A stretch of DNA of 64,000 nt, from contig JAYWIR010000035.1 of NCBI GenBank assembly GCA_036172245.1, forward strand, positions 1,736,001 to 1,800,000, read 5' to 3'. The notes under the pieces are model-generated. The model was given only the letters and a program-made list of their open reading frames with translations. It was not told where the DNA came from and did no database searches. This DNA comes from Raillietiella orientalis. Taxonomy: Eukaryota. Of the stretch, positions 1 to 14,540 are shown piece after piece. Position numbers and translations under genes: made by a program. The first letter of the stretch is position 1. Each line of letters begins with the position of its first letter.

Positions 1-1039
1 TCCACGGTGACAACGTTCTCCGCAACCTCAGCGTCCAGCCGTTGTCGGCCGGAGGCTATGCAGCCTCCCACCCCCCTCCTCATCCAAAGCTCGACCTGCG
101 CGACTTTGGTGACTTGGGCCACTGACCTCTGGGCTTCAACCACCGCGAGCCATAGGAGCGTGCCGCAGAACCGACAGCTTCTCCACAGGAAGGGAAAGGA
201 CAACTTGCGCTGCGAAGCCCGCCGCCCCGCGTGGATTCTTCCGCAGGCAGCGGGTAATCTTGGGAGAAGGGTTCCGCTCCCCCTTGACTGCGGCCGTTCC
301 CCAGCGACCTGCTTTCAGGCGTAGGATTGGGCAGTTACAAGCGAGAAACTCTGCCGTTGGGGAGGCGGGCTGACCAAGAGCGCGGATGCCCATCAAGCAG
401 TTTCGGTCATTTACGGGCGCGGCTGAAAGAATGTGTAAAGGACCCTCTCTTGAGATGTGTCTTTTGATCTATAAGAGAAGAAAATCTGGACCAGCTGCGA
501 CGAGCCATCAAGGCATTGCCTTCCGACTTTCAACGTATGGTTTCAAGACGGGTAAGCGGGAGAGGGGGATCCAGGCTTTCCTTCTGGATCGCTTCCATGG
601 CGACGAGGGAGCAAAGTGCCAGTATCGATCTGAAGAGGCAGCTGAACAGGCTCCCCCAGCTGCAAGAGAGTCTCTCATCCCAAAGTGAATCCGGATAGGA
701 AGTTTTTCATCTGGTCACTCCGGGGAGCCTATTTAATGAAGAATGAACCAGTTGTTAACTCAGTTCCTGACCAAAGACAAAAGAATTTCAAGGGGAGGGC
801 CTAACGACACGGAGATCGGGAAATCTAAAAATGGGGAGCGAAAGGGAGGGGACAATAAATAAATAAATAAAAGAGAAGGGCGGGGACAAGGACGGGGTCA
901 CTGGTTTCGATCGTTCCTTCCTTCTAGAACCGGCACTGGATGTCTGCGACCTCCTTCCTGACTGCTTTCCGGGTGAGACCACCTGGAAGCCATTCTCATG
1001 CAGGCAGCGGCTACTCGGGTGACCTCCCTTCGTTGAACT

Positions 1040-1620
1040 TAGGTCTGCAAGACATGCGGGTCGCGACGATGGCGCGATGCATCACACCATTAAGATCACC
1101 ACACCTTCTCTATGTCCCTTCCGCACCCCATGGACGATCCCAGAGGCTCTTTGAGGCCCTTCTTCGTGCGGAACCCCATGATGCCTGCAGCCGCAATCGC
1201 AGCGCTGTGCTGCGTCCGCGGTGTCGTCGCGGCGAAGTGCGACGCCGAGAGAGACCGGAGCGATGGGGGAACCGTCCTGCACGCCAATCGCTTCCTGCAG
1301 ATAGCTTTGAGGTGGTTCCACCCGGAAAGGGACAAGGAGGAGCTCGTCAGCATCCTTCAAAGGATGCAGAGTCTCACCCACCACAAAATGTGATCCCTTC
1401 CCTTCCCCCAACTAATTTTTGTTCTTTGTTTTTTTGTTGTTATAGTTTGTTTTCATTCTCTATTTTTGTTTCATCCCCATTCCCCTTTGTGGACATGATT
1501 GACCGCTTCGTCCCCCCCCCTTTCTTTCTAGTGTAACAATTGGAATTGGTGGGCCATCGGCTCCATCGATTCCTGTAAGAGAATAAACGCCTCGACGCAC
1601 CCGGATGTAAAATTACCACA
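1040..1620 (+). mobile_element. L1/Tx1-like LINE, degenerate 3' portion (copy A)
   Basis: PAAAIAALCCVRG...RFLQIALRWFHP...EELVSILQRM (ORF 1112-1393), TGATCCCTTCCCT, T-rich tract, AATAAACGCCTCGACGCACCCGG at 1582. Confidence 0.75.
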
Positions 1621-4600
1621 CCTGTCAAGAGATCCATCGGACACGAAGCACAGTTCTCGGAGGGCACTGCAGTCCGAAAGGGATCGACTCTGACGTCCCC
1701 GCGTCGGGCGCAGTTCGGGGATGCAACTCTCCCGGAAACGAGGGTGCAGGAGCAGATTGCACTAGAGTTCCCAGGGCAGAAACAAAAGCATTGCCTGTTT
1801 CCACGTCACAGGGAACACGAAAGTGTTAGAATCATTGGGGAGGTGCCACAAGTTCTTCGGGGGCGACACTTGGCTGTTCGGACTACCAAAGAAGTGCCTT
1901 TGCCTGGATACGCAGTGTGGAACATCTGCCAACTCTCTCATCTTTCATCCGCCAGGGAGTTTCTTTTTTTTTCTGCAGCAGTGCAGAACTCCCGCCCCGC
2001 CGGTAGGCGACTACCATCTCTTGCCCTCAGGGAGCTGCGGAAAACAATGAGGAGTCCAGGGTAGACCATTCGGCCGAATCCTACATCACTTCTCCCAAAA
2101 GATGGCTGAGGAAGTGAAGCAGGGGGAGAAGTCACTCCAGGTGCATTCCTTGGTTTGCAGTGCAGGACACCAGCACCTCCTGCCGCCAGGCATTCAATCT
2201 CTTTGGGTGAAAGGAGATCCACGGATGGGCTTCCAGAAGGAAGGCGAATTGCCTCAGAGGGAGGAGCCGTGTCCTCGCATCCTGTAGCGGGGGCTCGGTA
2301 GCAACGAGAGCAGTCCTTCGTTGCCGACATATCTCCAAAAGATGAGGCGTGCTGGAGTACAGAACGGACAAGTCCACCGCTTGGTGCAAAATACCAGCAT
2401 TCGGCACCGCACCTGCGGTCCGCTTCTCTCCAGAGTCAGGACGTCTAAGCCAGCATCCCGACCTGAAACCTTCAGGTCTTTGAGGCGGATTTGGACCTCT
2501 CAGAGGACGGGAAGTCGAAGCTCTCACGGAGGGCGGCATCACCAGGGAAGGGAGCGGGAGCTCTAGAAGGAGTGAAGAAGGAGGGGGAGGTGGGCGTGGC
2601 TCGGAGTATTGGTGCGATGCGCCCCCAAGAGGTAGGAAGGGTCCAGAGGAGGTTTCCACTCCAAAAGCTCTGCTCACGAGCTGCGAACTGGACTTCAGGA
2701 TGTCTTCTTCAGTGGGCCGCCAGAGACTCTACCGTACGGTCGATCCTTTGCCACACGGAGTCGCCACGCAGGTGCGGTCGCCTAGGGTTGAGAAGCATCT
2801 TCCCTTCTTTGAGACGGAGCGATGCTTTTCAGACGCAAGGATCAGCATCTCGAGAGCTTCGCTGAACTCCGCTGCCGACAGGCTCCCCAGTCCACCTCCA
2901 CGAGTTGCCTCAAGTCCTTCCCTCCCTCTACTCCGCCTGCCGCATCGCCTCCCTCAGCAAGGTTTTGGTCTTTGCAGCCACGCGAGTCAGGTACTTCTGG
3001 TCTTGCTGAACGTGGTACCCCAGACTCGGGAGCGGCTCCTGAGCGGGTCAGTTTGGTCGGCGCTCTCGTGAGAGTGCGCCTCCGCAAGCATCGGGGGAAC
3101 CTGCGCGGGTGCACGCGCTGCGCTCGGGTGCGCGATGGAATCGACTCCGTACTGGCACGACCTTCGGATGAGGACACGCGCATGTTCGTGGGTTCCCTAT
3201 GGACCGTTTTTCTCTTCCTGATTCTTCTCCTTCTTTCCCTCCCCCTTCCCGTTGATTTCTCTGCCCGAAGGATACCGCTCTGGCCGGTCGCGAGGTCGAC
3301 GGCTCGCTCAAAGCACTTCGCTCTCTCGAGCGTCCCAAGGATTGCGTCTTCGACTCCGGGGGCAGTCAGAATCAAGTGACCAACCGCCTCGCTCCTCCTT
3401 GAGGAATGTTCACTTAACCCCCTCCGAAAGGATGCCGCCGTCTCTCTGTTGAGCATCAGGGACCTCCTGAAGGACTGCCTACCCAAATCGTGGACACGAT
3501 AGATCCGGGCTGCCGCCAGCTGGTGTCCGGATGGCGGCTCCCTCGATAACAGCGCCGCTGGCGGCCGACCGTTCGTTCGCTTTTACCTGTTGCCAGCGGC
3601 ACTACCGATCTAGGCTCCCCCACCCTTTTGGATCAGGAAGGCTACACTTGCTTTCTCCCTCTGTCTCTTCTCGGAATGCGAAAGAAAAATTCCCTCAGGA
3701 CACGTCGTGTTCCGATGCCCTGAGCTCAGGGCAATGGCGTCTCTGTTCTTCCCGAAATGGCACTCTCCTCTATCAGCATTCCCCTTTCGCAGTCAAGCAG
3801 CATGACCTGACGATCTCTTGCTTTTGACCTTTAGACTTCCCAACTGCCCCGAACTATCTCTGCCTCGAGCGTCCGCCGGCGGATGCACTCTTGGATCACG
3901 CGCGGAAGGTGCAGATATCCCGTTTCTATGCACGACCCTCTGTCGATCACGAACGCTCCCTAATCTGAATCCGAGAGTCCCTGGACGGGCGAGGCGTCTA
4001 CCGGGGAGCGCTCCCGGGCAGCTGCCGGCCAATAGCGGTGGCTGTGGAATCGTCTCAGACGATGAACGCACGAGATCCTCGTGTGGTGCCGTCGTCCCCT
4101 TCATCTGAGATGCGCCCCTCGCTGGGAGCTGCCATGCTCCCGAGCCTCAGCCATTTCTCTAGCTTTTCCAAGTCATATGATCAGACCTCTGGCGAGAACC
4201 GATGGTTTTCTTTCAGTTTCCGGAATCCTGATTGAGGAGGAGGGAAGGGAGAGGGTGAAGTAGACCTGTCCTACCGTTTCCAGAAGATGAGGACCGGAAT
4301 TCTGACTTCTTCTTCGGGTGTTCTTGGCTTCTGGTGGCCGACGAGCCCTGCGATTCTCCCTCGCCACTGTGCAAGAAGCGGAGCTCCTCACATTTCCCCT
4401 TATCAGAGTGCCTGGAGCCTAAGGAACACGAAATCTCTCGTCTCCTTCTAGGGGTCTAGGAAAGTCCACCCGCCCTCACTCTCCCATCCGTCCCCTTTTC
4501 CGCGGGATGGTGTGCATTTCGAACTTCTTCTGGGCGAACTCCAACGTGGGCGCGAGGAAGAGGAGAAAGGAAACCTCGAAGACAGCGACTCTCAGTTTAG

Positions 4601-6899
4601 TCACATGAAAGCTTCCCGGACCAGCGTGGACAGACCTCTGGAGTTTAAACTGTATGCAAAATGCCTCCCGGAGCGGCAAAGAAAGGCTTTTTCTCTCCAG
4701 AGAGGACGGGACTGCAATAGGGAATTGGAACAGGCCTTTTGGGATGCAGCCGCTCAATCCCCACACTTGCCTGAGTGGCCAACCCGATTCCGACCGGAAA
4801 AGAGCTCGAAGGAAGACAACCTCAAATCTTCCTAAGATGTGTTAAGGGATAGACGCCAACCGAAGTCCCATTCAAAACCGGGGCCGCGCTCCAGTACCCC
4901 ATTCCCCTCGACTTCTAAAAAGCACCTTCTTGGAGAGCCAATCCTGCACCATAAAGAGCGTTTCCTGTGCCCGAAGACTCGACTTAGGGCGTCCTCTACG
5001 GCTCGTTTGGTCCTCAAGACGCGGAGACATGCTGTTGAGTCTCACGCATGGTCTGGAGACGAAACTCGGGGGAGGAGACATGGCTCGCCCCGCATGCTGT
5101 GTGACCTCTTTGCGTTTGCGCCCCGTTGTCAATCCTCTCGCGAGGGCAGTTCCGATAGTGTCCTTCCAGGAAAAAAGCAACGTGACTCGAGGAACTCTCA
5201 GCAACAACGTTTGTCAGTCATTCCCCGGGAAGCAAGTACTAAAGAGATGCTTCGGCAACCACAGGACCCTGGAAGCTCCTCACGGACCTCCGGTTTCCGC
5301 AGAGAACTCTCCTTCAAGCGTCTGCTCTATAGGATGTGCCAGTGGACCAGGCGTGCATGCATCCGGTGGCATCCTTTCGCGAATAATGCCAAACTGGGCT
5401 GCCCTGTCACGAAGTCTTGCTATTTTGTTTTTTTTTTTCATCAATGGTCTTCTGGGAGGGTTTCTCCCATGTCTTCAAGCCTGGTTTTCCTCTGACCTTT
5501 AATCGTTACAAAGCATCTGCGTCTCTGTTCCCTGGAGACCGTCTTTCATCTGGTGATTTCCGTACCAGCCCATTTGGAAAGGGAGAAGCATTTTAATGCT
5601 TCAGATGGCAGCTTAGAGGTCAACAGCGTGGGTGGAGCTCCTGCACGTCGAAAGATGGGCACGATCCTTATACACGCATGCAGACTGCTGCCAACGGTTT
5701 TCCATTCTTCCCTTCTGCTTCCTCGGATCCGTTGGTGTCTCCCGCTATGCACTCCTGGAAAAAAGAAAAAAAAAAGGAGGAGGGAGGAAGGGAAGAGGAG
5801 GGCAACTGCTTGTCGGAATCCAGCAGCGGGGCATTTCGCTATTCCTTCTCACCTTCTAAGAGGAATCGCTGATTGCGCTGCTTCTTCTAAACAAGCTCCC
5901 TCTTCCTCCTGCTTCCGCACTGTCCTTTATCCCTTCTCCTTCATGGCCATCGTCTTGCGAACAAAATCTTTGGGTCACATCTTCCAGCGAAGGCCAGACA
6001 AGCCTTTTGTTTCCATCAACGTTCTCCGTGCGGACGAGTCTCTGCATGCTGGCACTCCCTGTCAGCTCTTCCTGTCGGATTCAGTGAGGTTTCGGACTTC
6101 GCCGAGAGGCGTTCGCTCCGGAGGGAACGGCAAACCTGACCTTCGTCGCTCCGCCTCACCAGACGCAGCAAGCTTGGTGGGGGAACCTGATCAAAGACGA
6201 TTTCGCGCTCCCGTCCGAAGTTCCAAAGAGTATTCTGATGCTTTCCAAGAAGCGAAGGATACGCTGCTTCGGAATCAAACAGCGGCGACCGCTTCCACAG
6301 GAACTTCTTGAAAACACAAGGAACCTCGGTTTCACTCCAGACCGGATGACGCAGGATCCGCCTGGTTGAACACATATCCACCCGGATGCATTCGGAGTGG
6401 AGTCAGCTCCTCCCGCCCGCATGACCTCCACCGGATTCCGTATAGGATAGCATGATCTGCTCCTTCGTCTATGTGACTGCCTTTCTTCAGCCCGATTTCG
6501 ATATGCCTTCTCGGATAGCCTTAGTCCTCCTCCTTCCTGTTGGTGCACGAAAATTCAGGCGGCTCGGTGCCATTCCATGAACGCCCATGTCGGCATAGGG
6601 AAAACTGAGGGATTTCAACCGAGGGACACTGAAGAGCACTGAAGCGCCCTTCGACTTTTTCCCACAGTTTCGAAATTCCCATTTATCTCTTCGTGACTTC
6701 TCCGAGAGGAGCCGAGAACTATCCAAGAAACGACCGCCCCGAGGGTTGATAAAAAAAAATAAATGTTCCTGCTAGTTTGATGAAGAGAGGATGGAAAATT
6801 GGGAGCAATCCAGAGACGCGTAAATACGCAAGCATCTACACAGCACATCACAAACACTCAGCAGACGACTAGGACAGTTCCACGCGGGTCGAAGACGCG

Positions 6900-8500
6900 C
6901 AAAGCTATCGAAGACCCTGATCAGCAGAGTGCAGCGATGACCGGGAGACTCTGCGTGTGTGTGCGGAGATCCTGCAGGAGAGTCGGAGAACCTTGGTCTC
7001 GACGATAAAACGGAGATTAGCAGCACCAAGTTCAGGGTGGGGATTTTCATTCTCTGGTGTCTCAAGGGTGGTTCAGCGAGATCTAGTAGTAGCATCTGGA
7101 AAGTGCAAATATAAGATGAACGCCTGAACACCACGAGTCCAAGGAGCACATTTGGAGATTCGATATACTCGATAGATACACGAGAAAGAAAATCACATCC
7201 ATTCATCACGAGTCCTCACCACAAGGCACTCAGGCAAGGGAAGACCATGTCTTCTTCCCTTGGTCTGGATGCTGTATCATTTCCTACCCATACAGAGTTG
7301 CGTATGTGGACATTTTCTGTTTAATAGAAAGTATTTAGGATCTGCGGACCACTTCAGATTTATCCACAGCTAAGGGTCTCAGCATACTGCTGTAGAACAT
7401 CCAAACAAGGTAGGAGTGAACCGGATGTGCAGATGTGTGGTGTGAGAAGTGCTCAGTCACATTCTCAAGCACTGCCTCGGCAACGCACTCGCGTTGGGAA
7501 AGGCATCATGAAATATTGGGAACTGGTAGCCTTTAACCAGCCAGTTCCTGGGGATGGACTCCAATCTTCGACCAAATGTGTTGCTCCATAGCAAAGATAA
7601 GGCAACTTCTTACTGAGAGTTACAGACCCTTGCGAGTATTCAGCAACGGAGCCAGAAGCAGTAAAGCACCAAGACACCAAGTAAGGATAACTGGCTCTCC
7701 ACTTGACCTCCAAAGGCTCGCAAACAGTGCGGACATTCGGACCTTGTCATCGTGGGATCCCGCAAGCGACCAAGCAGAGATGAGATCCCTAGGAGGACAG
7801 GATGAGCAAAGAAATGGTGTGCTCAGAAATCCGATATTCCGAGGACATGTAAATCATTTTTTCCGTCTCTGGATTGAGCAAGCTCTAGCACAGGGAAAAC
7901 ATGGAGTTCCTTCCTGGAAAGCCACTCAGATCAGGAGGTAGTCACATCCTAGATCCGCCGTTACCGCTCTTCCAGTCGGTCCCTCTTCTACGGAGAACCG
8001 CCTGAGATTCTCACATTCACAGATTGCCGTCTCGTGCATGCAGAACGGACATGGATTTTCCCCGTAAGAGAAACGGTACTCCATCGAAGACGATGCCAAC
8101 CGCATGTGCGCGAATCCGCGCATCTCGGAAAGAATCTCTCCGGTACATCCTCAGCCGTCGCGCCTGGGAATCTTGCGCAACCAGGAAGTGCGGCGCTATG
8201 ACGACCCAGTCGACAAGATCAAGAGGAGAATGCGGTAGGCCAATAGAACTACACGCCTCCAACTCGCTTCATCCCCGGGACGATCTCGAACCTCCAGCAG
8301 AGGATCAGGTGCTCCAGAATCATGCTGATGGTGACCTGGCTCTTCGTAAATCAGCCAAAAGCTTTGGATAAGGATTCCAGGAAACGGAAGGATGGCAAGG
8401 GTCTGGTCATGATCCTTCCTATAAGCGAGGTGCACGCTTTAGTTCATGTTCTTGCCGCGGCAGGGTTCCGAAGGGACTGGAGATGCCACAGAGGCTAGCC
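6900..8500 (+). mobile_element. Degenerate RLE-type (R4/NeSL-like) non-LTR retrotransposon: RT, CCHC and RHD region
   Basis: Motifs in the expected order: ALRQGKTMSS (7226; ~GLRQGDPLSP), VAYVDI (7297; ~YxDD), ESLRYILSR (~8131; knuckle E..H.L..C), RYDDPVDKI (~8194; ~RHD). Confidence 0.6.
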
Positions 8501-11500
8501 GACCATTCGAGGGAGGAAAGAGCCTCCAGCAACATCCTGCACTTTCTTCTCGAAGCATCAGATGGGCTACCGACGGTGATACTCCAGCCTCTTCATATCA
8601 TGAGATGGCACAGAACGAGATGCAAGAGGAAGCTCGAAAGCAGCCAGGATTGTGGAGGTCCCCTCCTCTCCCACCTCCATACCTTCAATGTGTGAAATCC
8701 CAGATGTTGCCTTTTGTCCCTTCATTCGCTTGACTATGCCGGACATACGCTGGAAGTGTCACCAGTGGGGCCACACCCTCGTAATGACGTCACTCCCGAG
8801 AACCACAGCTGCCTCGTCAGGAAGCCGAGATGGAGAGAACAGATTGATCGCGGCGATCGCAGAACATCTCCTCCTCCCTCACATCAAACACAAATTGCAA
8901 ACAAAAAAGATTCGAATGATGTTGAGAACGAGCCGCACTGCACGCGTGATTCGTTGCTCTTTGTTGACTGCCCCTGGAGGAGGATGGAGGGCATCGCAGG
9001 GGCCGCGCAAGGGATGCCGTGATGTCACAGGGACTAAGAGAGGAAGAGATTAAACTGCCTGGGAGCCCGTGGGAGACGGTTTTCGCGCTGTTCGAGAACC
9101 TCTGCGATACTCAGCGTTGCTCTGGAGAGGGTTGGACGCTTGGATATCCTGGAGGATTTCCGAAGCGCACTTCCAGAAATCGAAGATCTCGAACAGCCGA
9201 GGAAGTGCGGACGACCCGGTCCACGCCGGCAATGGAAGTCTCCGTATCCTTCCCGATTCCGAATTCCAGATCCTCGCTTCCTACCGTCACCAACGAACCA
9301 GCGAGCACGCACATCGCCAAAAGTCACACCGAGAGTGCAGACATAGAACTCGGCAAAAATCACTGGGCTGCGGTGGGCTCTCGCGAATTCTTCAAAGACC
9401 TGCTCCCGAAGATCCTCTCCGATTTCTAGAAAGATCCTTTCCTCATGTTTTCAAGTCTTCACCAACTTGGAAGCGTCCCTTCTAAATCAAGGCGGACAAG
9501 CTGATGACGCCCTTGCGGTTCTGCTTCGTCAGCATAGGTTCAAAGAATCAGGATGAGTCATACGTTGGAGGAAAGGTTTCCAGAGCACCGATGGAGTTCG
9601 CTTAGTGCTCGAGATCGGGAATCAATGGGTGCGAAAACGACGAGAGCCTTCAAGGTCCAAGTATAACATCCGGTCGCATCCATCTAGGCGCATGCAGTGT
9701 CATTGCAGCCCGTGGATAATTTCGTTCAAGTGGCTGCGCCCAGTGACGAGTTCGCTCGCGGAGATAGATGACCATGAAACAACCTTCCTGGATCCGAGCA
9801 GTCAGGCAACGCAAGCTCACGCCTCCCTTCTCTTCCCCACGTGAGCGCATTCGGGCTCTCTAAGGTACTTCTTGGAGGAGGTCCTTCCTCTCCCCGCTCG
9901 CTCCTTGCCGACCAGGTCAAGCAGAAAATGCAGCGTCTTGAATCCCTCTAGCAGAGCAGATTTCGAGTTCTTCGAACAGCGGTCATGGCTCCTTGATCCC
10001 TTCGTCCTTGATCTGGCAGCTGGCTGCAGGGTTTTAGAGCTCGTGTCCGGACCTGTGCTTCCCTAAGACTTTTTTCCACGCTTCTTCAAGAACTTGGAGG
10101 TGACTCTTGCAGAAAGTAGGGAAAGGCATTGAGGCAACCAGCAAAGAATCATCCTATTCCAAAGCTTTTAGCAATAACAGAAACTTGCATTCAGCGATTA
10201 CAGTGACCCCAAGAGCGCCATCGTCGACGCACGCATTCCTCGGACAAGCCAATCTTCTGCTCCCCATGGAAACCTGAGGAAGCATGCGAGTAAGCATGTA
10301 ATCCTTCCAACCCAGGGGGGGATCGAATTACGTTCAGAGATTTCTGCAACTTCGAGTCGGATGGATGCTTCCCGTTTCCGCCCTTTGTTTTGCCTTCCCG
10401 TTGTACGATTTCGGCTTCGTAGCAGGCAAAAGAAGAAAAATTCCGCAACGGAAACGAAGTCACTCTCGTTCCATCGATGAAAGAATCAAAGGGGGAAGAA
10501 CACAGATGAGCCCCATCGAGCAACCGTATTGGTTACTGAAGATGAGAAAAGCAGAACCGGGATCGCATTTCTTAATGCGCTTCCAGGAAGAAAAAGGACT
10601 GAAGGTGTGCTTTCTTCAGGAGTGCATGCGATAAGAATCTGAAAGTGGCCCACCGCAGGGCAGATCAGATGATCATCACCTCAATGTCCTTACGTGGATT
10701 TCAGACGAGTCAGCTGATCTACCAACCTTTGACATCTCTTCTTGCGGGATCAGAGGAGTAGGGGAAGGTTTCGCTTTACTGGGTCTTATTTGTGATTCGT
10801 GAACCGGAGACTTTGTTTTGTGATCATTCGCAGACTCCCCTCGTCTGTAGCGTCTGCCTGTAAACTTTCTGTGACTACCGCGCTGCGGAGGCTTTGTCCC
10901 TGATTTATCGCGGAAATGTCCTCCTGCTCTGTAGTGGTCCGCACAAAAACGACATCCCTCCGAGAGCAACATGTGGGAAGCCACCGAGAGGCATAGAGGA
11001 AGGAGGTTGAGGCATTAGGATTGAGGGCCTGCAATAAAACAGCTCCCTGGACAATGGACTTACCACTTTCGGAAGATTAACATTTGGTAATGTGTTCTGA
11101 CTCTGCTTGGGTTAAGCCGAGGTCAGGTGTCTGAACAGATTTTCATTCATCGAGAGTGAGACTAACCGAATATCTGGAAGAGCAAAATAACACTGGAAAA
11201 TGAAGGAATGATCAACTCAAAACTCGACCCATTCATTCCTTGGCCGCCCGTAAGGATGAGATCAAATCGACTGAGAACGTGCAGTGAAGGATGCCTTGGA
11301 TTCCGTGTCTTCTTGGGCACTTCTCAGGGGGCACAACGACAACTGAAGGTCTCAAAGCAACATCCATCATAGAAAAAGTGTTCGGACTTTCAGCTTGAAA
11401 GGAAATCACTTAGCAAGGATGCATGGGTTTTGGACTCTGGATCTCAGGTTTGGATGATCTCCTGAAGGCGCGTTGAGTCGGGAAAAAAAGCCGACGTTAT

Positions 11501-14249
11501 TCAAAAGTCCGCCATTGTCATTCAAGATGCCGCGAAATATGAAAGTGAAAAATTGCAGCTAGAGAGATGTGACCTAGAAGTTTACCTGTTTTTCGGATCA
11601 GGGCATCGGAATCCCGGACGGTGACTCCTAGCAAAGGATAAGTTTGCTTCATACTTGTTTGCTTTAGCTCTTTCCATTTTTTTGTTTTTTTTCCATCATC
11701 TTATGAATATCTTGTCGACGGGAACCTGTGCTATAGTGGCGTTTCGAGCCAAATCCGTGGGGCATTTCGTTTTGGAGATCGGACCAAGCGTTTTGTCTGA
11801 GATTCGCGGCGTATATCATAGACAAAAGTATTCTCGGTAATGACGAATGGCAACGGATCACAGGATCATTTTTATTTTTTGCCATCTATTAGCTACAGCA
11901 AATAATCTTTATCTCCATGAATACCCTTGCAAACTTGGATTCCCTGACTGAAGTCCCCGCGTTCCCAAAGGTGCATGCCTTCTCGAAAGCGCTGATGCCC
12001 CTCGTGTACAAATTCGAATCTTCAATTACTGAACTGCACTCAAGACCCTAATTTATCATGAATCTGAATTTACCTTACAGATGAGATTCGTGCCAATCAT
12101 CTGCGGCTTAAAAAGGCCTTTCCCTCTCTCTCTTTCCCACTCCCCCTTTTGCTGTCTGCTCAGTCTTTCGATTTGTCACACTCCACATTATGTCACACCT
12201 TGATTTTCGAAAGGGGACAGGAACTGCCCTCATCGAATTATTCCTTCCTAATTGCATATAATTAAAAAATATCATGCCGATGTGCTTTATGGGAAGAAGA
12301 AAATTCGCTGGAAATGGCTGCGCGCCGTCGTTGTGGAGAGAAACTTCACTGCTTAAAAGTTCGCTTGAAGACCGTCAGAAAATGGGGGGGAGTGGATTTT
12401 TTTTTTTCTTTCTTTCAAATCTTTAGATAGAATGAACGGAATAGATCTGATTGCTGAATTTTCATTGTATACAGTAACAGTCATTTGCATAGCACCTCCA
12501 AATTCTAAAAATAAAGAAGTACACCATGTGAGCTCATCTTTCATCTAATTGCTCATAGCTGTTGTTTCTCATACCTATGCAAACACAGAACAACACTTCC
12601 ACCTTATGTGCAGAAACTGCTGAAAGCTGATAAACGTAATCAGGAAAATGCGCACAAAATCTGTTTCGAAACGAACCTTTCACGATCGAACTACCATCAG
12701 AAAGTTCTGGAGTACCCTAGACAGTCTGTGGATTGCTTGTCTTGTCCACTCAGATCTCACAGTGCACTGGACCGTCATCCGAAATGTACGATTGCGACCA
12801 CCTTTTTTTTTTTTTTTTTTTTTTTGTGGCACAGAATCATCTGGAACTTCATTTAGTCATAACAGATAGTTCCAGTCCTATTAACTGTTTGCCACTTTCC
12901 TCCAAGAGTGTGAAGGGAAAAATAAAGATAATTATCCGTTCTAATTGCAAATGGATGCACACATGTTGGAAATCAAGGATTCCAAAAAAGTATTGCCACA
13001 TACAACTGCGTAAGGCTGAAAGCTCAACAAATCAATTATTCAGCAATCTGTTGCCTTAATAGACTGCACTGTGCAAATTGCAATTTTGCAGCAATTTATG
13101 AGAATTAAAATTCCATTTCTTGTTTCTTTTTTTTTTTTTCTCCCTAATTGAAAAACAAGCTTAAGAACGCAAGTTTGCACACGTGCAGCGAGTGAGCAGG
13201 ATCATAAAAACATGCAAACGTCAGAGGCTTACATCTTCCTGCCTTGATTCATATTACTACACATTTCTCACATAATTGGACTGGAACTTTTACTTCGTAT
13301 AGAACACAAAGGAACTTTAGCTGCTCCTCGAAATCATACGAAAAAGGATGAAATCAAAGTTTGGAGAACGACGCTGATTATAGGAAGATACTACTTAAGC
13401 GTGATTACAATATCAGCTACTGCAATGGAACAAAAAAAGGGCGGGAAGAAGATATGCACCTGAATTCTTTGGCAGGAGAGATTTTTTTTTTTTTTTTTCT
13501 TGTTTGGCGCTTTTGATTCCAGGTAAATAGAAACATCACACCAACAAGAAAAAGCACGCGAAGAGTACAATTTAAAGACATCCTCTCTTGAAATTAAGGT
13601 ATTCCTTCTACTTTTTATGTGATAGAAGGAAAATATACTAATTGCAAATGAATATGTAATGGCACGAATGCACTTTACGTTATAATAGATTCTAAGAAGG
13701 TACCCGGAAACAAAAGGAGAAAACACAGAGGCCGTTGACGTATCAAAATACCATCGTCGTGCACAGGGAACAATGGCTTCCAGCTGAAGGTATTTCCCAG
13801 AAATCAATATGTATACAGAAAAATATGCACCAAGTGTATGCATGTACATAGTCAATGAAAATTCTCTTGCTTTTCATCTTACGAGGAAGAAAAGCAACAA
13901 GTCAACCAGAGAAGAACGAAAATTTCCTTTCTCAGAACCTCAGAACCCTGTGAATTTCTTTTTTTTTGCGAATTTCTAGTTGCAGATTTTAGAATTCACA
14001 CACCAGTTAGTTAATGCACACTGGTGGTACGTCAGAGCGCTTTGGCACGTTGGTATGGCAACCGCATTATCTGGAATCGCAACGCAGTCGCCATCTTGAT
14101 GCGGTTTGATTGGACTCCTTTCGCGTGTGCAAAGGTGCCACTCATGTCGTCGACCGAAGGGAAACGCACGGAACGTGGTCCTTTTTCTTTCTTTTCGGTT
14201 TTGTTTTGTTTTCTTTCTTTCTTTCTTTCTTTTTCTTCTTTTTTTGGCG

Positions 14250-14540
14250 TTTCTCTCCAAACCTGTCGCGGAGGAAGGAACGTGGCCTTTTTCCCATGCT
14301 GGACCCGCTTGAGAGTGATTACGCGGCTCGAGACTTTCTCGGGGCACACCATTCCCGTGGAGTAAGTGATCGCCACCCCACCGCATGACGCCTTTTATTC
14401 GTACAGTGAGGTAGTGTGAGATAGGCCGCCGCTGCCACACAACGCGCTGTCTATGACTGAACTGTATGCGGAATACGAGGATCCCCCTGGAAGAAATGTG
14501 ACAAGAGAAGACAGTCCAGTCTGACGATTCCACGGACCTC
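14250..14540 (-). mobile_element. AP-endonuclease (APE) remnant of a LINE
   Basis: GGVAITYSTG.....VSSRVITLK resembles the LINE APE 'GVAI...(s/g)R.l.v' segment. Confidence 0.4.

Noticed and set aside
1112..1393. Repeated 85-95 aa 'ALCC..RW.H' ORF as a novel small host gene family
   Set aside because: It lies directly downstream of a non-LTR CCHC knuckle, and copies carry stops and frameshifts, so it is the LINE ORF2 tail.
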